Both the position numbers and the translations under genes were made by a program. Source: a virus (lineage: Duplodnaviria > Heunggongvirae > Uroviricota > Caudoviricetes). Taken from it: DNA of 64,000 bases. The notes beneath the pieces are model-generated. The model was not told the DNA's origin. It saw only the letters and a list, made by a program, of their open reading frames with translations, and made no database searches. This document shows, in pieces, positions 38,889 through 47,895 of this stretch (positions are counted from its first letter, which is position 1; each line of letters opens with the position of its first letter). The DNA is taken from the IMG/VR virus record IMGVR_UViG_3300044878_000136, positions 189,232-253,231 of that record; one strand, given 5' to 3'.

Positions 38889-39483
38889 CTTTGTGTTCCT
38901 TGTTAGCGTGGTATTCTTTAATAGCGGCAGTGTCCGCTTCGAATTCTGCGATAGCTACGTCGATAAACACGGCAACCTTACCGTCCGTCATGCAGGTAAT
39001 GACTTGACTACCGGTATTGGCATCGATGGTGGTTTTCCAGTCCATCTTCGTGAGGGTGTCCATAAGGTCACGCACGGGGTTCAGGAGACAGGTCAGGCTA
39101 AGTCCTGGATTCTCCTCTAGCGCCTTCCGTAACATCTTAGGAGGACCCAGATCAGACGACTGAGAGTGGATCGGCTGAGGGAATCTCTCAAACTGTAGCG
39201 AGACCAACTGATTGCCGTTACCCGTGCCAGTTTGTCGGTATACGGAGAGCATCTTGAGTACGTCGGCCTCAGGCTCAGACAGAAATAGTACTGACCGCTG
39301 CTCCGCCGGAACTTCTTTCTGAAACGCATCCAAGCAGTTGGTCAAGCAGCTGTAATACGTCCGTGCCGAGTGGTGAAGCTCCTCATGTCTACGGAAATGA
39401 TGGATGAACCGACTGAGGTGGTTATCGACGTGGTTCAGGTAACGTTCTGCGATGAAACTTAATCCGGGTTCTAGCGGTGCCAT
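38881..39483 (-). CDS. hypothetical protein (200 aa)
   Basis: GAGGAAGG SD; operon member. Confidence 0.7.
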   Translation of the reverse strand: MAPLEPGLSFIAERYLNHVDNHLSRFIHHFRRHEELHHSARTYYSCLTNCLDAFQKEVPAEQRSVLFLSEPEADVLKMLSVYRQTGTGNGNQLVSLQFERFPQPIHSQSSDLGPPKMLRKALEENPGLSLTCLLNPVRDLMDTLTKMDWKTTIDANTGSQVITCMTDGKVAVFIDVAIAEFEADTAAIKEYHANKEHKDA

Positions 39484-39508
39484 TTAATGATTCCTTCCTC
39501 AGGATGGG

Positions 39509-39536
39509 GCATAAAGCCGGGAATGTACCCCCGGCT
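39509..39536 (-). terminator. hairpin after the homing endonuclease gene, GCATA class
   Basis: GCATAA-AGCCGGG...CCCGGCT. Confidence 0.65.
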
Positions 39537-39542
39537 CTTGCG

Positions 39543-40295
39543 TTAAACACTGATTGGAGCCTGTTCGACTCCGTGGTTATATTCCGGGTAACGTGGATCT
39601 TTCAATCTAACGCTAACCGTGCGACGCGTGACGCCTAATGCAGCCGCCGCTTCAGATATCGACGGGTAGGATACATTATCTACAACGACTGTAACTTTTA
39701 ACTGTTCTGCGCGAACCTTGGCTGCTGCGGCCATGTTTGCCTTACGTTCTTCACTAAATACTTGACCCTTACGCCTAGGGCGGGAATTCATTATCCTCAT
39801 CTTAGCGCGTGTCTCTTCGGAACGTTTTTGACCACGGGGGTAAGTCGATGGGTCGCGCCTTGCCGCGGCAGCCCTGATCTTCTCTTTGGCCTCTTCGCTA
39901 TGCTTGTGTCCGCGTGAGTAGGTGCGGTTACGATTAGCCTCGTGCCCAGCAGCCGCAAAAGCAGCCATCTTCTCAGCTGGAGCAGTGCCTGGTAACCAAC
40001 TACCCCTAGCGCAGTTGTGTACGTTGGTACAGTTAGGTTTCCCTACACAACGGTCAAGATACTTCTGCTCGACGTCGTAAGCCTCGTCACGACTATCGGT
40101 TACGATTGTTTCTATCGAGATGACAGGATCGTCATTGAAGACCTCCTGTAATCGTGGATTCTTATGGGTATTGGATTTAAGGGTTGAGAGGTGAACATGA
40201 TAGCGCTCGTAGATGTTCGAGGAACTCCCAATGTAATACAGTCCTGATTTAGGATGGGTTATTTTGTACGCACCTGTAGCCTTAGGAATATCCAT
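39543..40295 (-). mobile_element. free-standing GIY-YIG homing endonuclease with NUMOD3-like repeats and a C-terminal HTH
   Basis: GAYKI..LYYIGSS..ERY (GIY-YIG), E..YLD, the repeats HSEEAKEKIR / RSEETRAKMR / FSEERKANM, and YPSISEAAAALG. More AT-rich codons than the neighbours. Confidence 0.9.
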
Positions 40296-40311
40296 GATTT
40301 TACCGTTAAGA

Positions 40312-40336
40312 GCATAGAGTCGGGTTTCCCCGACTC
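40312..40336 (-). terminator. hairpin after the helicase gene, GCATA class
   Basis: GCATA-GAGTCGGG-tttc-CCCGACTC (GAAA loop on the minus strand). Confidence 0.7.
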
Positions 40337-40346
40337 ACGCTTGTGA

Positions 40347-41870
40347 TTAGACACTGATGGGGGCTTGTTCTACCCCATGATACAGTACCTTATTTTTGAA
40401 AAAAGCCATCTTGTTCTCGTGATACCGAACGTGTTTATCGATACTCGTGGAGCAGAAGTAGAAGAACTCTGGGGTGATGTCCGGCCAGTCTTTCAACCGA
40501 CGTGTACGCCCCAAGGTTTGTTCGTTCGACTGCTGAGAATCGATAGCGGTGGTCATCAGACCGATACGCAGGTTCTTGATGTCTACCGCAGTACCGGCGG
40601 AGAGCACAGTACTGATGATGATATCCGACGCCTCAAACACAGACATCTTGTCACCAGACACGTAGCGCCCGATCGAGAGATTCGGGAACTTCTTCTGGAG
40701 GTACTTCTGCACCAACGTACAGAACTTAACCGTACCGCAGAAGATCAACATCTTCTGACCATTCTCCATTACCTTGACGAACTTCTCGTTCGCGCACCAA
40801 TGGATGAGATCCAGGTAGTTCTTGAGTTCCACCCGGTTCTTGGCAGTCATCATCGAGGCTTCGTACGTGGTGTGGTTGTAAGCCCCACCGAAACCTTTCC
40901 AACGCAATGCCTTAGGCCGTTGTAGCTGGTACTTGATCGCACAGACCTTGATGTACACGTCGTAGTAATCGCCGTTATAGCGCTCAGGACGCGGATACAT
41001 CAGCTCGTACATCTTCGTCATGAAGGCGTCCTGAGTATCCAGGGTGGCCGACAAGGTGATGAACTTCGGAATGTGGGTGTAGCAAAACAGCTTCATTACC
41101 TGATGGGGGTTTTGGTGACCCTCGTCAAGTGCTGCCATCCCGATGTTCAACCGACTGAAGAACTCGCCAGGAGCAATCGGATAGGTTTCCGACACGCCGT
41201 TGGCTTCAAAGTCCTTGATGTATGCCGAGTAGGTGTTGATGGAGATGAAGATGGCCGTGGTTTTACCCAAGTCTCCCTCCAGCGCCATGTGCATGATGGC
41301 CGATAGCGATTTACCACCGCGTACCACCAGCAACTCACCTGCCTTGAAATGGAAAGACTCTTCCATGTCAGGGGTCCAACGGTCAATAAAGCCGCCTTTC
41401 ATGAAGAAGCACGAACGCAATCCCAGTTGGTTCATGGAGTACTTCGTTAAGAAGGTCTTCCCTTTACCGGTCTGGAGTGTAACGATCTTGTTCGAGCCCT
41501 CAGATAGGATGTGGTTGATGATCTTAGGCTGAGGATCCCTTGGCTCAGGGAGATCCTTGACCTTGAACTTCACCCGGTGACGATCCTCCACAGCGAAGGA
41601 ATGTTTGTGGACCACATACTCAGCCTCACGGATCTGATTGTACGAGAGGTGATCCAGAAACGGTTGAAGTGCGTTGATGTGAAGTCGATAGTAGGTCCGA
41701 CTGTCGTTCGCCGAAGCAAAAACCTTCGCCGCCTTGTAGGACTTCACTCCCTCGGTGATGACCATCTCGAACTGCACCAACCCACGGCAGAAGGAGTCAA
41801 TCACTTTCTTCTGGATATGGGAAGGTTCGGTGATCATGAAGCAGTGACTAAATACATCGATCTTCATCAT
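40347..41870 (-). CDS. superfamily 2 helicase (phiKZ gp75-like)
   Basis: LQTGKGKT (motif I), DEGH (II), LSAT (III) and QTLGRTRR (VI). Confidence 0.9.
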   Translation of the reverse strand: MMKIDVFSHCFMITEPSHIQKKVIDSFCRGLVQFEMVITEGVKSYKAAKVFASANDSRTYYRLHINALQPFLDHLSYNQIREAEYVVHKHSFAVEDRHRVKFKVKDLPEPRDPQPKIINHILSEGSNKIVTLQTGKGKTFLTKYSMNQLGLRSCFFMKGGFIDRWTPDMEESFHFKAGELLVVRGGKSLSAIMHMALEGDLGKTTAIFISINTYSAYIKDFEANGVSETYPIAPGEFFSRLNIGMAALDEGHQNPHQVMKLFCYTHIPKFITLSATLDTQDAFMTKMYELMYPRPERYNGDYYDVYIKVCAIKYQLQRPKALRWKGFGGAYNHTTYEASMMTAKNRVELKNYLDLIHWCANEKFVKVMENGQKMLIFCGTVKFCTLVQKYLQKKFPNLSIGRYVSGDKMSVFEASDIIISTVLSAGTAVDIKNLRIGLMTTAIDSQQSNEQTLGRTRRLKDWPDITPEFFYFCSTSIDKHVRYHENKMAFFKNKVLYHGVEQAPISV

Positions 41871-41946
41871 TCATCCCTTTCACCGAACACCGTAAGGACC
41901 CCCTGCGTCACCAGAGGGTGATGGCGGGTTTCCCCGCCAACGTTCC

Positions 41947-43914
41947 CTACAGGGGATGGATCAGAGGGTCCAGCAAGTGCTGCGGCCGATCAGTGTTCAA
42001 GTACTGTCCAACTTTGGTCAGCTGCTCAGCGCCGCCCTGGTATGCAAACAACGCTCCCAGAGAGCCTCCGTTGATGACCTCGTCGTATTTAGCGAAGCGG
42101 ATGGGTTGCCCTACCTCTGGGATTTTGTAATGCCCAGAACCGACCGCAGGGACCATCAGCGCCAACATAACAACTGCGAGATGTGTGAAATGAACATGTA
42201 CCTTCGGCTGGATCAACGCATGCAGGTCCAGGAGCGCTTCCACCGGGTCCGTGTATTGACGGAGCTGGCGGAGCTGACCCAGGTGCCGGGATGAGTCGTC
42301 GTGCGTGGAACGGATAAACACTTCAACTTCTGCCGCAAAGTCTTTCATGCTGACATGCTTGTTCGGCATCTCAAACACAGGCTTGCTGAAATCCCAGTCG
42401 CTCAGATCGATGTGGTACATCGCATCGTCCTGAATACTGAAGCCTTTCTTCAAGAACCAGCGAAGGAACTCGTTGGTCAAGTACGACATCCGAGCACCAC
42501 GGCTAACCGATACGTGGAAACGCACTGGCCGCTTGGTGGTGGATGGAATCTCGAAGCTGACATCCCGGAACTGGGAATGCTTCGCTGCCGACATCCCTTC
42601 CTGTACATCGGACTTCTTGAGGATCGGGAGTTTCGAGGCGTTGGCTGCACGGGCTTTCGGCGTACTGCGCAACAGCAACTTGACACCCTGGGTCTTCAGT
42701 CGTGGGTTGAGGTTGATCTGGTTGATCTCCTTGCCCGGCAGGATGTATTCCCGTTCGGCTGAGTTGATCTGGATCGCTTCGGATACCGTGGAGGATTCCG
42801 AGTGCTTAACCTTCAGTACCCGCTGGGATACCTCGGACTGCGTCTTGGTGGACGCGATATGGCCGATGTTAGCGCCGTAAGGGATGTTGTACGCCAAGTC
42901 GCCGTAGCACACAGCGCAGACGCAGTTCATGTGGCGGTAGCGGCAGTTGAATGCCAGGCGGAACTCGAGCTTCTGGTCGATCAGTTTCTTGTCTGACTGT
43001 TCCAGCGCCCGCATGCGCCCTGTACGAGGATCCCGGAAGTGCAAGCCCAACATCGACTTGAAGCGCTCGTCGGTAACTTCGATCTCGGACAGGTAGTTCG
43101 TACCACAGTCGCCCATCACCAACAGATCCACCCGCTGCGAGGTGAACTGTAGTTTACGGTTGGCGTATTCCGTCTGTTCCAACGGAGCGCCCGTAAAGAT
43201 GATGGACTTACCGGCCAGGGTCGATTCCATCATGGCTTCCGCTGGGTCATGGATACCCGCGAAGTAGTTGCCCATGATTGGCGTCTTATAGATGAAGTCG
43301 TCGATGTCGGTGTTTGCACCCCGTACGACGATAATCTGGAGCAGCTGCTCCATCTTCATGATCCCACAGCGCAGGTCACTGACCACCGGGTTCCGGCTAA
43401 TCGACATATCGTGGAGAAGGATATCCTCGATAGTCTTGTAGCCCTTGGCGATGGACAGGTCGTTGGGCTTGATCGCATCCCGTGCCTCCTTGATCGGAGG
43501 GTGGTTGTAGAGGCGACGATAGTGGAAGGAGTTGACACTCCGAACGTATTCGGAGTAGTCCACGATGGCGGTGTTGAACAAACGCTCTTCGGCCTTGTAA
43601 ATCCAGTACCAAAGTTCCTCACGGTTGTAGTTACCCGTACCGTACACCTCCTGCATGTCGCGGGCTACCGCGGACAGGAGATTCTGGATCGTCTTGTTGG
43701 GCAAGGATCCTTTCGGGATAACGTGGCGACTCAACAGCTGAAGGCGAGGGTACTGCTCGTGGGGAAGCCAGAGCATCTTACTGACCTCCATCCGAGCAGT
43801 CGTCACGACCTCTTTGGTACCGTCATCGAATTCCAGCATGAAGCGTTCGTTGTATTCGCATTCCCACGAGTGGCGTGGCGTATCGAAGAAATGGCGTACA
43901 TGGAACTGACGCAT
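41947..43914 (-). CDS. non-virion RNA polymerase beta' subunit, C-terminal part (gp74-like)
   Basis: DCGT; FNCRY...CVCAVCYG zinc site; NIGHIAST...SQRVLKVKH (trigger-loop region). Confidence 0.85.
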   Translation of the reverse strand: MRQFHVRHFFDTPRHSWECEYNERFMLEFDDGTKEVVTTARMEVSKMLWLPHEQYPRLQLLSRHVIPKGSLPNKTIQNLLSAVARDMQEVYGTGNYNREELWYWIYKAEERLFNTAIVDYSEYVRSVNSFHYRRLYNHPPIKEARDAIKPNDLSIAKGYKTIEDILLHDMSISRNPVVSDLRCGIMKMEQLLQIIVVRGANTDIDDFIYKTPIMGNYFAGIHDPAEAMMESTLAGKSIIFTGAPLEQTEYANRKLQFTSQRVDLLVMGDCGTNYLSEIEVTDERFKSMLGLHFRDPRTGRMRALEQSDKKLIDQKLEFRLAFNCRYRHMNCVCAVCYGDLAYNIPYGANIGHIASTKTQSEVSQRVLKVKHSESSTVSEAIQINSAEREYILPGKEINQINLNPRLKTQGVKLLLRSTPKARAANASKLPILKKSDVQEGMSAAKHSQFRDVSFEIPSTTKRPVRFHVSVSRGARMSYLTNEFLRWFLKKGFSIQDDAMYHIDLSDWDFSKPVFEMPNKHVSMKDFAAEVEVFIRSTHDDSSRHLGQLRQLRQYTDPVEALLDLHALIQPKVHVHFTHLAVVMLALMVPAVGSGHYKIPEVGQPIRFAKYDEVINGGSLGALFAYQGGAEQLTKVGQYLNTDRPQHLLDPLIHPL

Positions 43915-43946
43915 TCGGTTACTCCTTGGTGAATGGTACCACCCGC

Positions 43947-46130
43947 TTAATCGCGGGTGATGTTCTTGCCGGAAACGATCAGCTGGTGGATAGCAAACGC
44001 CAGAGGGCGATGTCCGCCAAGCTTGAACTTCGTCCGGTCGATGACACGTTCGATGTTGGTTGGCTGCTCAGCCGTGAGGATGTTGTAGCACACCTCTTTG
44101 TGAGCGGTTGGGTTGTTGTTAAGGTCCATGATGTCGGCGATGATTTCCGCCCCCATCGCATGAGCCATGTTCCGAACGGTGGATTCGTCCATAGACCGGG
44201 TAACGGTCTGACGGCCAGGCGACGAGTACTTGTCCGCGTTGGTGAGACGGGCAGTGGTCCCGAAGTGGCTGGTCTTGGAGGAAGATACACCGGACCAGTC
44301 GGTAGCGGTCTTTTCCAGGATCAGGTAGTAGTTCGGCCCGATCAGGATAGGCTGCTTACTGGTCACCATCCGGCCACCGTGGTCACGGTAGGTAACCCGA
44401 GTGATTTCCGGCGCGTATGGGCAGTTCTCATCGTCCAACACATCCAACACTTGGTCCATACGGACTGGGGTGGTGGCTGGCAGGTTGAAGTAGGTGCCCC
44501 ATGGCTCATCGCCATCTTTGATAACCTGTGCCAAGTGACGCAACCAACGGTCGGTGGTCTTGACGTGTGGTTTGGACAGTGCTGCGTAGTTCTCGGTCGG
44601 AGCAATCAACTTGTACCAACCCATCAGGTACTCGAACTGCACTTCCACGATGTCGCGGTTGCGCGGGTCAAACACCACGTCGTTGATCTTGTCCATGGAA
44701 ATGTAACCCATGTCCTTCAGATCCAACGCTCGACGGATCCGCTTGATCACATCTCGCCCAGCAGCCCCGATCATTTGTTCATGAATCAGCCCAGGGTTCA
44801 TCCGGTTACCGACCGAGGTACACAGCGCCATGACCTCAGCGCGGTTGCCGTTCTCATCGATTGGCATGTCTTCGTCAGGACGAACCTCACCCGATACCCC
44901 TTTGTTACCGTGCATGCCGGTACCTTTGGAGCCTTCCTTTACCTGCGCCAGATACTCGTAGGTAACTTCAACCCGATACTCGTCCAGCGTTTCGCCACGA
45001 TAGCGGCGGTTCACTTCGAGAGCAGCGGTGTTGTCGTACGGCCACAGGTCTTCGTCCAGCAGGTCTTTGCCGCAGAATGCGAAAGCTTCGTACAGCAACG
45101 CATTCAGACGCATCGACAGGTTAGGGCGGGCATTCAGGTATTTACCGGAACGCTTCAGGGCAGCCTTGATGATTTCCTGATAGTAGCGCTTATCCGCCTG
45201 ATAGTAACGATCGAGCTGTTTCACCAACTCTTCGGGCAGACGACGATCACGAACCGACTCGTTCCGTACTACCTTGATGTCAACTACCACCGCATCAGGC
45301 ACGCCGTATACTGGCGTATCCATCCCGTAGACCGGTTTGAGCAGCTTCTTCGCCGACATGTACACAGCGTCCAGGATCGGATCGTATGGACGCATGGCGC
45401 ACAGCAGGCCGTTGGAGTGGATCTTGTCGCCTACATCTGGCAACACCTTGCATTCGGAAGCGGTACCGTAGGCATTGATCGGATAATGAGTCCGGCCAAA
45501 GCCAAAGGTGCGGCTTTCGTAACCGGTGGTCTGGATTCGTTTGGCGTACGATTCACTGTACACCAAGGCGTCTTCAGTTACCGCCGGATCGGTGATCAAC
45601 ACGACGTTGGTTTCCAAGCCCGGCATATAGTCGCCGTCTTCCGTCACGTTGGGGCTGCGCATCAGGATCGTGCCAGCCGGGAATGTTGGTTTGCTGTTGG
45701 TTCTCAGCTTATCCATCAGGTCTTCGTTTTCGACATAACGGAATCCGTAATGCTGGTGCATTACGTGAAACTTGCTGAGTTCGAGTACGTCGAGCTGCGA
45801 GGTTTCGTAGTTCTCGAAGATGACGATCTCGAGTGGGTTGATTTTAAACTCCCCATGAATACCGTCGTTCTTAAACCGGGGAATCACCGCTAACACCATG
45901 GCGTCAACATCGAATTGATGACGGAAGGTGGCTTTGGCCAGTTCTTTCTCGAGCGCTGACCGCTGGCGTTTACGCGTACGTCCTACCACGGACAATTCTT
46001 GGGTACGGTTACCGGTATACATCACCTGACGAGCGGCCGACACGTATTGAAAGTACGGGTTCGATCCGCTGATGGGTACCATCTCGATCGGGATGACTCT
46101 TTCTGGTAACTGTTCTGGCGTATCCATCAC
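43947..46130 (-). CDS. non-virion RNA polymerase beta subunit, C-terminal part (gp71-73-like)
   Basis: GSKGTGMHGNKGV, NRMNPG and YYLILEK correspond to conserved beta-subunit regions. Confidence 0.9.
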   Translation of the reverse strand: MMDTPEQLPERVIPIEMVPISGSNPYFQYVSAARQVMYTGNRTQELSVVGRTRKRQRSALEKELAKATFRHQFDVDAMVLAVIPRFKNDGIHGEFKINPLEIVIFENYETSQLDVLELSKFHVMHQHYGFRYVENEDLMDKLRTNSKPTFPAGTILMRSPNVTEDGDYMPGLETNVVLITDPAVTEDALVYSESYAKRIQTTGYESRTFGFGRTHYPINAYGTASECKVLPDVGDKIHSNGLLCAMRPYDPILDAVYMSAKKLLKPVYGMDTPVYGVPDAVVVDIKVVRNESVRDRRLPEELVKQLDRYYQADKRYYQEIIKAALKRSGKYLNARPNLSMRLNALLYEAFAFCGKDLLDEDLWPYDNTAALEVNRRYRGETLDEYRVEVTYEYLAQVKEGSKGTGMHGNKGVSGEVRPDEDMPIDENGNRAEVMALCTSVGNRMNPGLIHEQMIGAAGRDVIKRIRRALDLKDMGYISMDKINDVVFDPRNRDIVEVQFEYLMGWYKLIAPTENYAALSKPHVKTTDRWLRHLAQVIKDGDEPWGTYFNLPATTPVRMDQVLDVLDDENCPYAPEITRVTYRDHGGRMVTSKQPILIGPNYYLILEKTATDWSGVSSSKTSHFGTTARLTNADKYSSPGRQTVTRSMDESTVRNMAHAMGAEIIADIMDLNNNPTAHKEVCYNILTAEQPTNIERVIDRTKFKLGGHRPLAFAIHQLIVSGKNITRD

Positions 46131-46168
46131 TAGCTCCTACTGCTATTAGTGAATGTGGGTCAGTCTGA

Positions 46169-46190
46169 TAATGTATGTCTGCAATTTAAA
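46169..46190 (-). promoter_or_regulatory. phage promoter motif upstream of the RNAP beta gene
   Basis: The minus strand reads TTTAAATTGCAGACATACATTA; it overlaps a plus-strand TATG. Confidence 0.6.
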
Positions 46191-46199
46191 GGAGTAATC

Positions 46200-46535
46200 A
46201 TGGCCAGTAGTCTCGATAACGCAATGATCGCCAAACCAGCGGACTATACGCTGACCGACGAATACAAAGCGTTCGTAGAATCCATCATTCCCTCCCTCAG
46301 GGAATCCCCGACAACCAACACCCTCACGATCCCAACTGAAACAGGGTATTTGTTCCGCTACGACTTGACGTCGTTCCTACTCGATCAGAAAGTAGCCATT
46401 GAGGACCATTTGGTCATTATCCGGCTCAACGACTTGAACGGTCCGCAGGACTTCGATGAGAACACCACCAGACTGTTGGTTCCAGACCAGCAATTCCTGA
46501 GTCAACTCAAACAAGTCTATCGCACCCGTATCTAG
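46200..46535 (+). CDS. small conserved virion protein (baseplate wedge/LysM-like, tentative)
   Basis: AAGGAG SD before ATG 46200; YLFRYDL..FL and IIRLN.L pattern; the only plus-strand gene in the block. Confidence 0.6.
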   Translation: MASSLDNAMIAKPADYTLTDEYKAFVESIIPSLRESPTTNTLTIPTETGYLFRYDLTSFLLDQKVAIEDHLVIIRLNDLNGPQDFDENTTRLLVPDQQFLSQLKQVYRTRI

Positions 46536-46551
46536 TACAAAAAAGAAAAGG

Positions 46552-46585
46552 ATAGAGGAGGGTTTGACCCCTCCTCTATTTATGC
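46552..46585. terminator. bidirectional hairpin, TATGC class
   Basis: ATAGAGGAGGG-tttgac-CCCTCCTCTAT-TTATGC, with an A-run on the left. Confidence 0.8.
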
Positions 46586-46594
46586 CGCTACCTG

Positions 46595-47881
46595 TTACCA
46601 GGAACGCCCGCTGCCACGGCGGCTCGTGTAGCGGCTGTTACGTCCGCCGTCACCACGGCCACCGCGATCACGCGCGCCATCGCGGCGAGAACTGCCACGG
46701 CGACTGTCGTCACGATCGTCATCATCACGACCACGACCAGCACGACCCAGGATATCAGCCAGAGAACGGCCACCGCTGTCATCACGATCGATTTCGATAC
46801 GTGGTTCTTCACGATCACGGCGATCACGTTCGTCACGACGTGGGCGCTCATCACGCTCGTCCCGACCATCACGGCGATTGCGCTCACGATCACGCACATC
46901 GCTATCACCCCGGCGAGGGCGATCTTCTTCAGCCAGTCCTAGGTCTGCATCGTCCAACTCCAGCGATTCTTTCTTGATCGCTTCATCACGCTCTTTGCCA
47001 CGGTTACCCGGCAGTACCGGAATAGCACGGCCGTGAGTCGCTGCGAAGTTGGTGAAGTCAACCAGTTGTTCAGTCCACGCCAACTCAAACCGCAGGCCGT
47101 CCAGGCTGGAGCAACCAGCTTTGTGACGATCAATCAGTTTGTTCAGGTGAGTGGCCATCGCATGGAACGACAGGAGCAGCGAGTGGAAGTAAGGCGCCTC
47201 ACCGTCATTGGACGACTTGGTGTATGCCTTGCGTTCTTCCTCGCTGCCCAGTACGTATTCCAGCAGGTTGACGATCAGGTGCTTGTCCTTTGTCTTGCGC
47301 GCCATCTTGACGCCAAAGAACGTGGTGGTGTCTTCCGCAGCGGCATCTTCCATGATTGGGAAGGAAACCACGCAGCTACGGAGTGCACCACCCTCGCCAC
47401 CATTCTTCAGGAACAGCGAGACCAGACGTTTCTCGGGAGCAGCAGCTACCGCGTTCAGTACACGGATCAGCGTGTCCAGCGTCTTTTGGTCAGCTTCGAC
47501 CAGCAGTTGCAGGAACTTCGCCGCATCGGCCTTCAGGCCTTTGTGACGTTTCTGATCAATGGCCAGTTCCATCAGGGCGAGGATTACCGCCTTGAAGGTT
47601 TCTTTCAGGCGCAGCTGAACGTATTCCTTGTAAGCATTCAGGACAGGGCTTGGACCCTGACTGATCTGCTCAGCCAACGGAGCGAACGCGATGCGCCGTT
47701 CCCACGTACCGTCATCCAGAATCTGGCGGGTAGGCAGGCAGAGGCGCTTGTTGCCGATGGTGACCGGCTTTGGAAGGTCGTCTGCCAGATACGACAGGAA
47801 ACCTTCACCGCTGGCGTCGAACACCCCAACATCTTTCAGGACGTTGGCTTCAAACTCCAGTACTGCTTCTTGCTTCGACAT
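46595..47881 (-). CDS. conserved phage-nucleus-block protein (gp70-like) with an R/D-rich C-terminal tail
   Basis: Synteny between the PicA-like gene and RNAP beta; a mixed-charge tail of about 100 aa. Confidence 0.65.
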   Translation of the reverse strand: MSKQEAVLEFEANVLKDVGVFDASGEGFLSYLADDLPKPVTIGNKRLCLPTRQILDDGTWERRIAFAPLAEQISQGPSPVLNAYKEYVQLRLKETFKAVILALMELAIDQKRHKGLKADAAKFLQLLVEADQKTLDTLIRVLNAVAAAPEKRLVSLFLKNGGEGGALRSCVVSFPIMEDAAAEDTTTFFGVKMARKTKDKHLIVNLLEYVLGSEEERKAYTKSSNDGEAPYFHSLLLSFHAMATHLNKLIDRHKAGCSSLDGLRFELAWTEQLVDFTNFAATHGRAIPVLPGNRGKERDEAIKKESLELDDADLGLAEEDRPRRGDSDVRDRERNRRDGRDERDERPRRDERDRRDREEPRIEIDRDDSGGRSLADILGRAGRGRDDDDRDDSRRGSSRRDGARDRGGRGDGGRNSRYTSRRGSGRSW

Positions 47882-47895
47882 GTTGTTGCTCCTAG

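Noticed and set aside
39543-40346. Homing endonuclease as part of a self-splicing intron
   Set aside because: The helicase has its own complete C-terminus and stop, only about 50 nt separate the genes, and there is no room for a ribozyme core.
46595-46910. CRISPR-like or DNA tandem repeat in the CGT/GAC-rich stretch
   Set aside because: The periodicity comes from Arg/Asp codons of a low-complexity protein tail; there are no fixed-length repeats with spacers.
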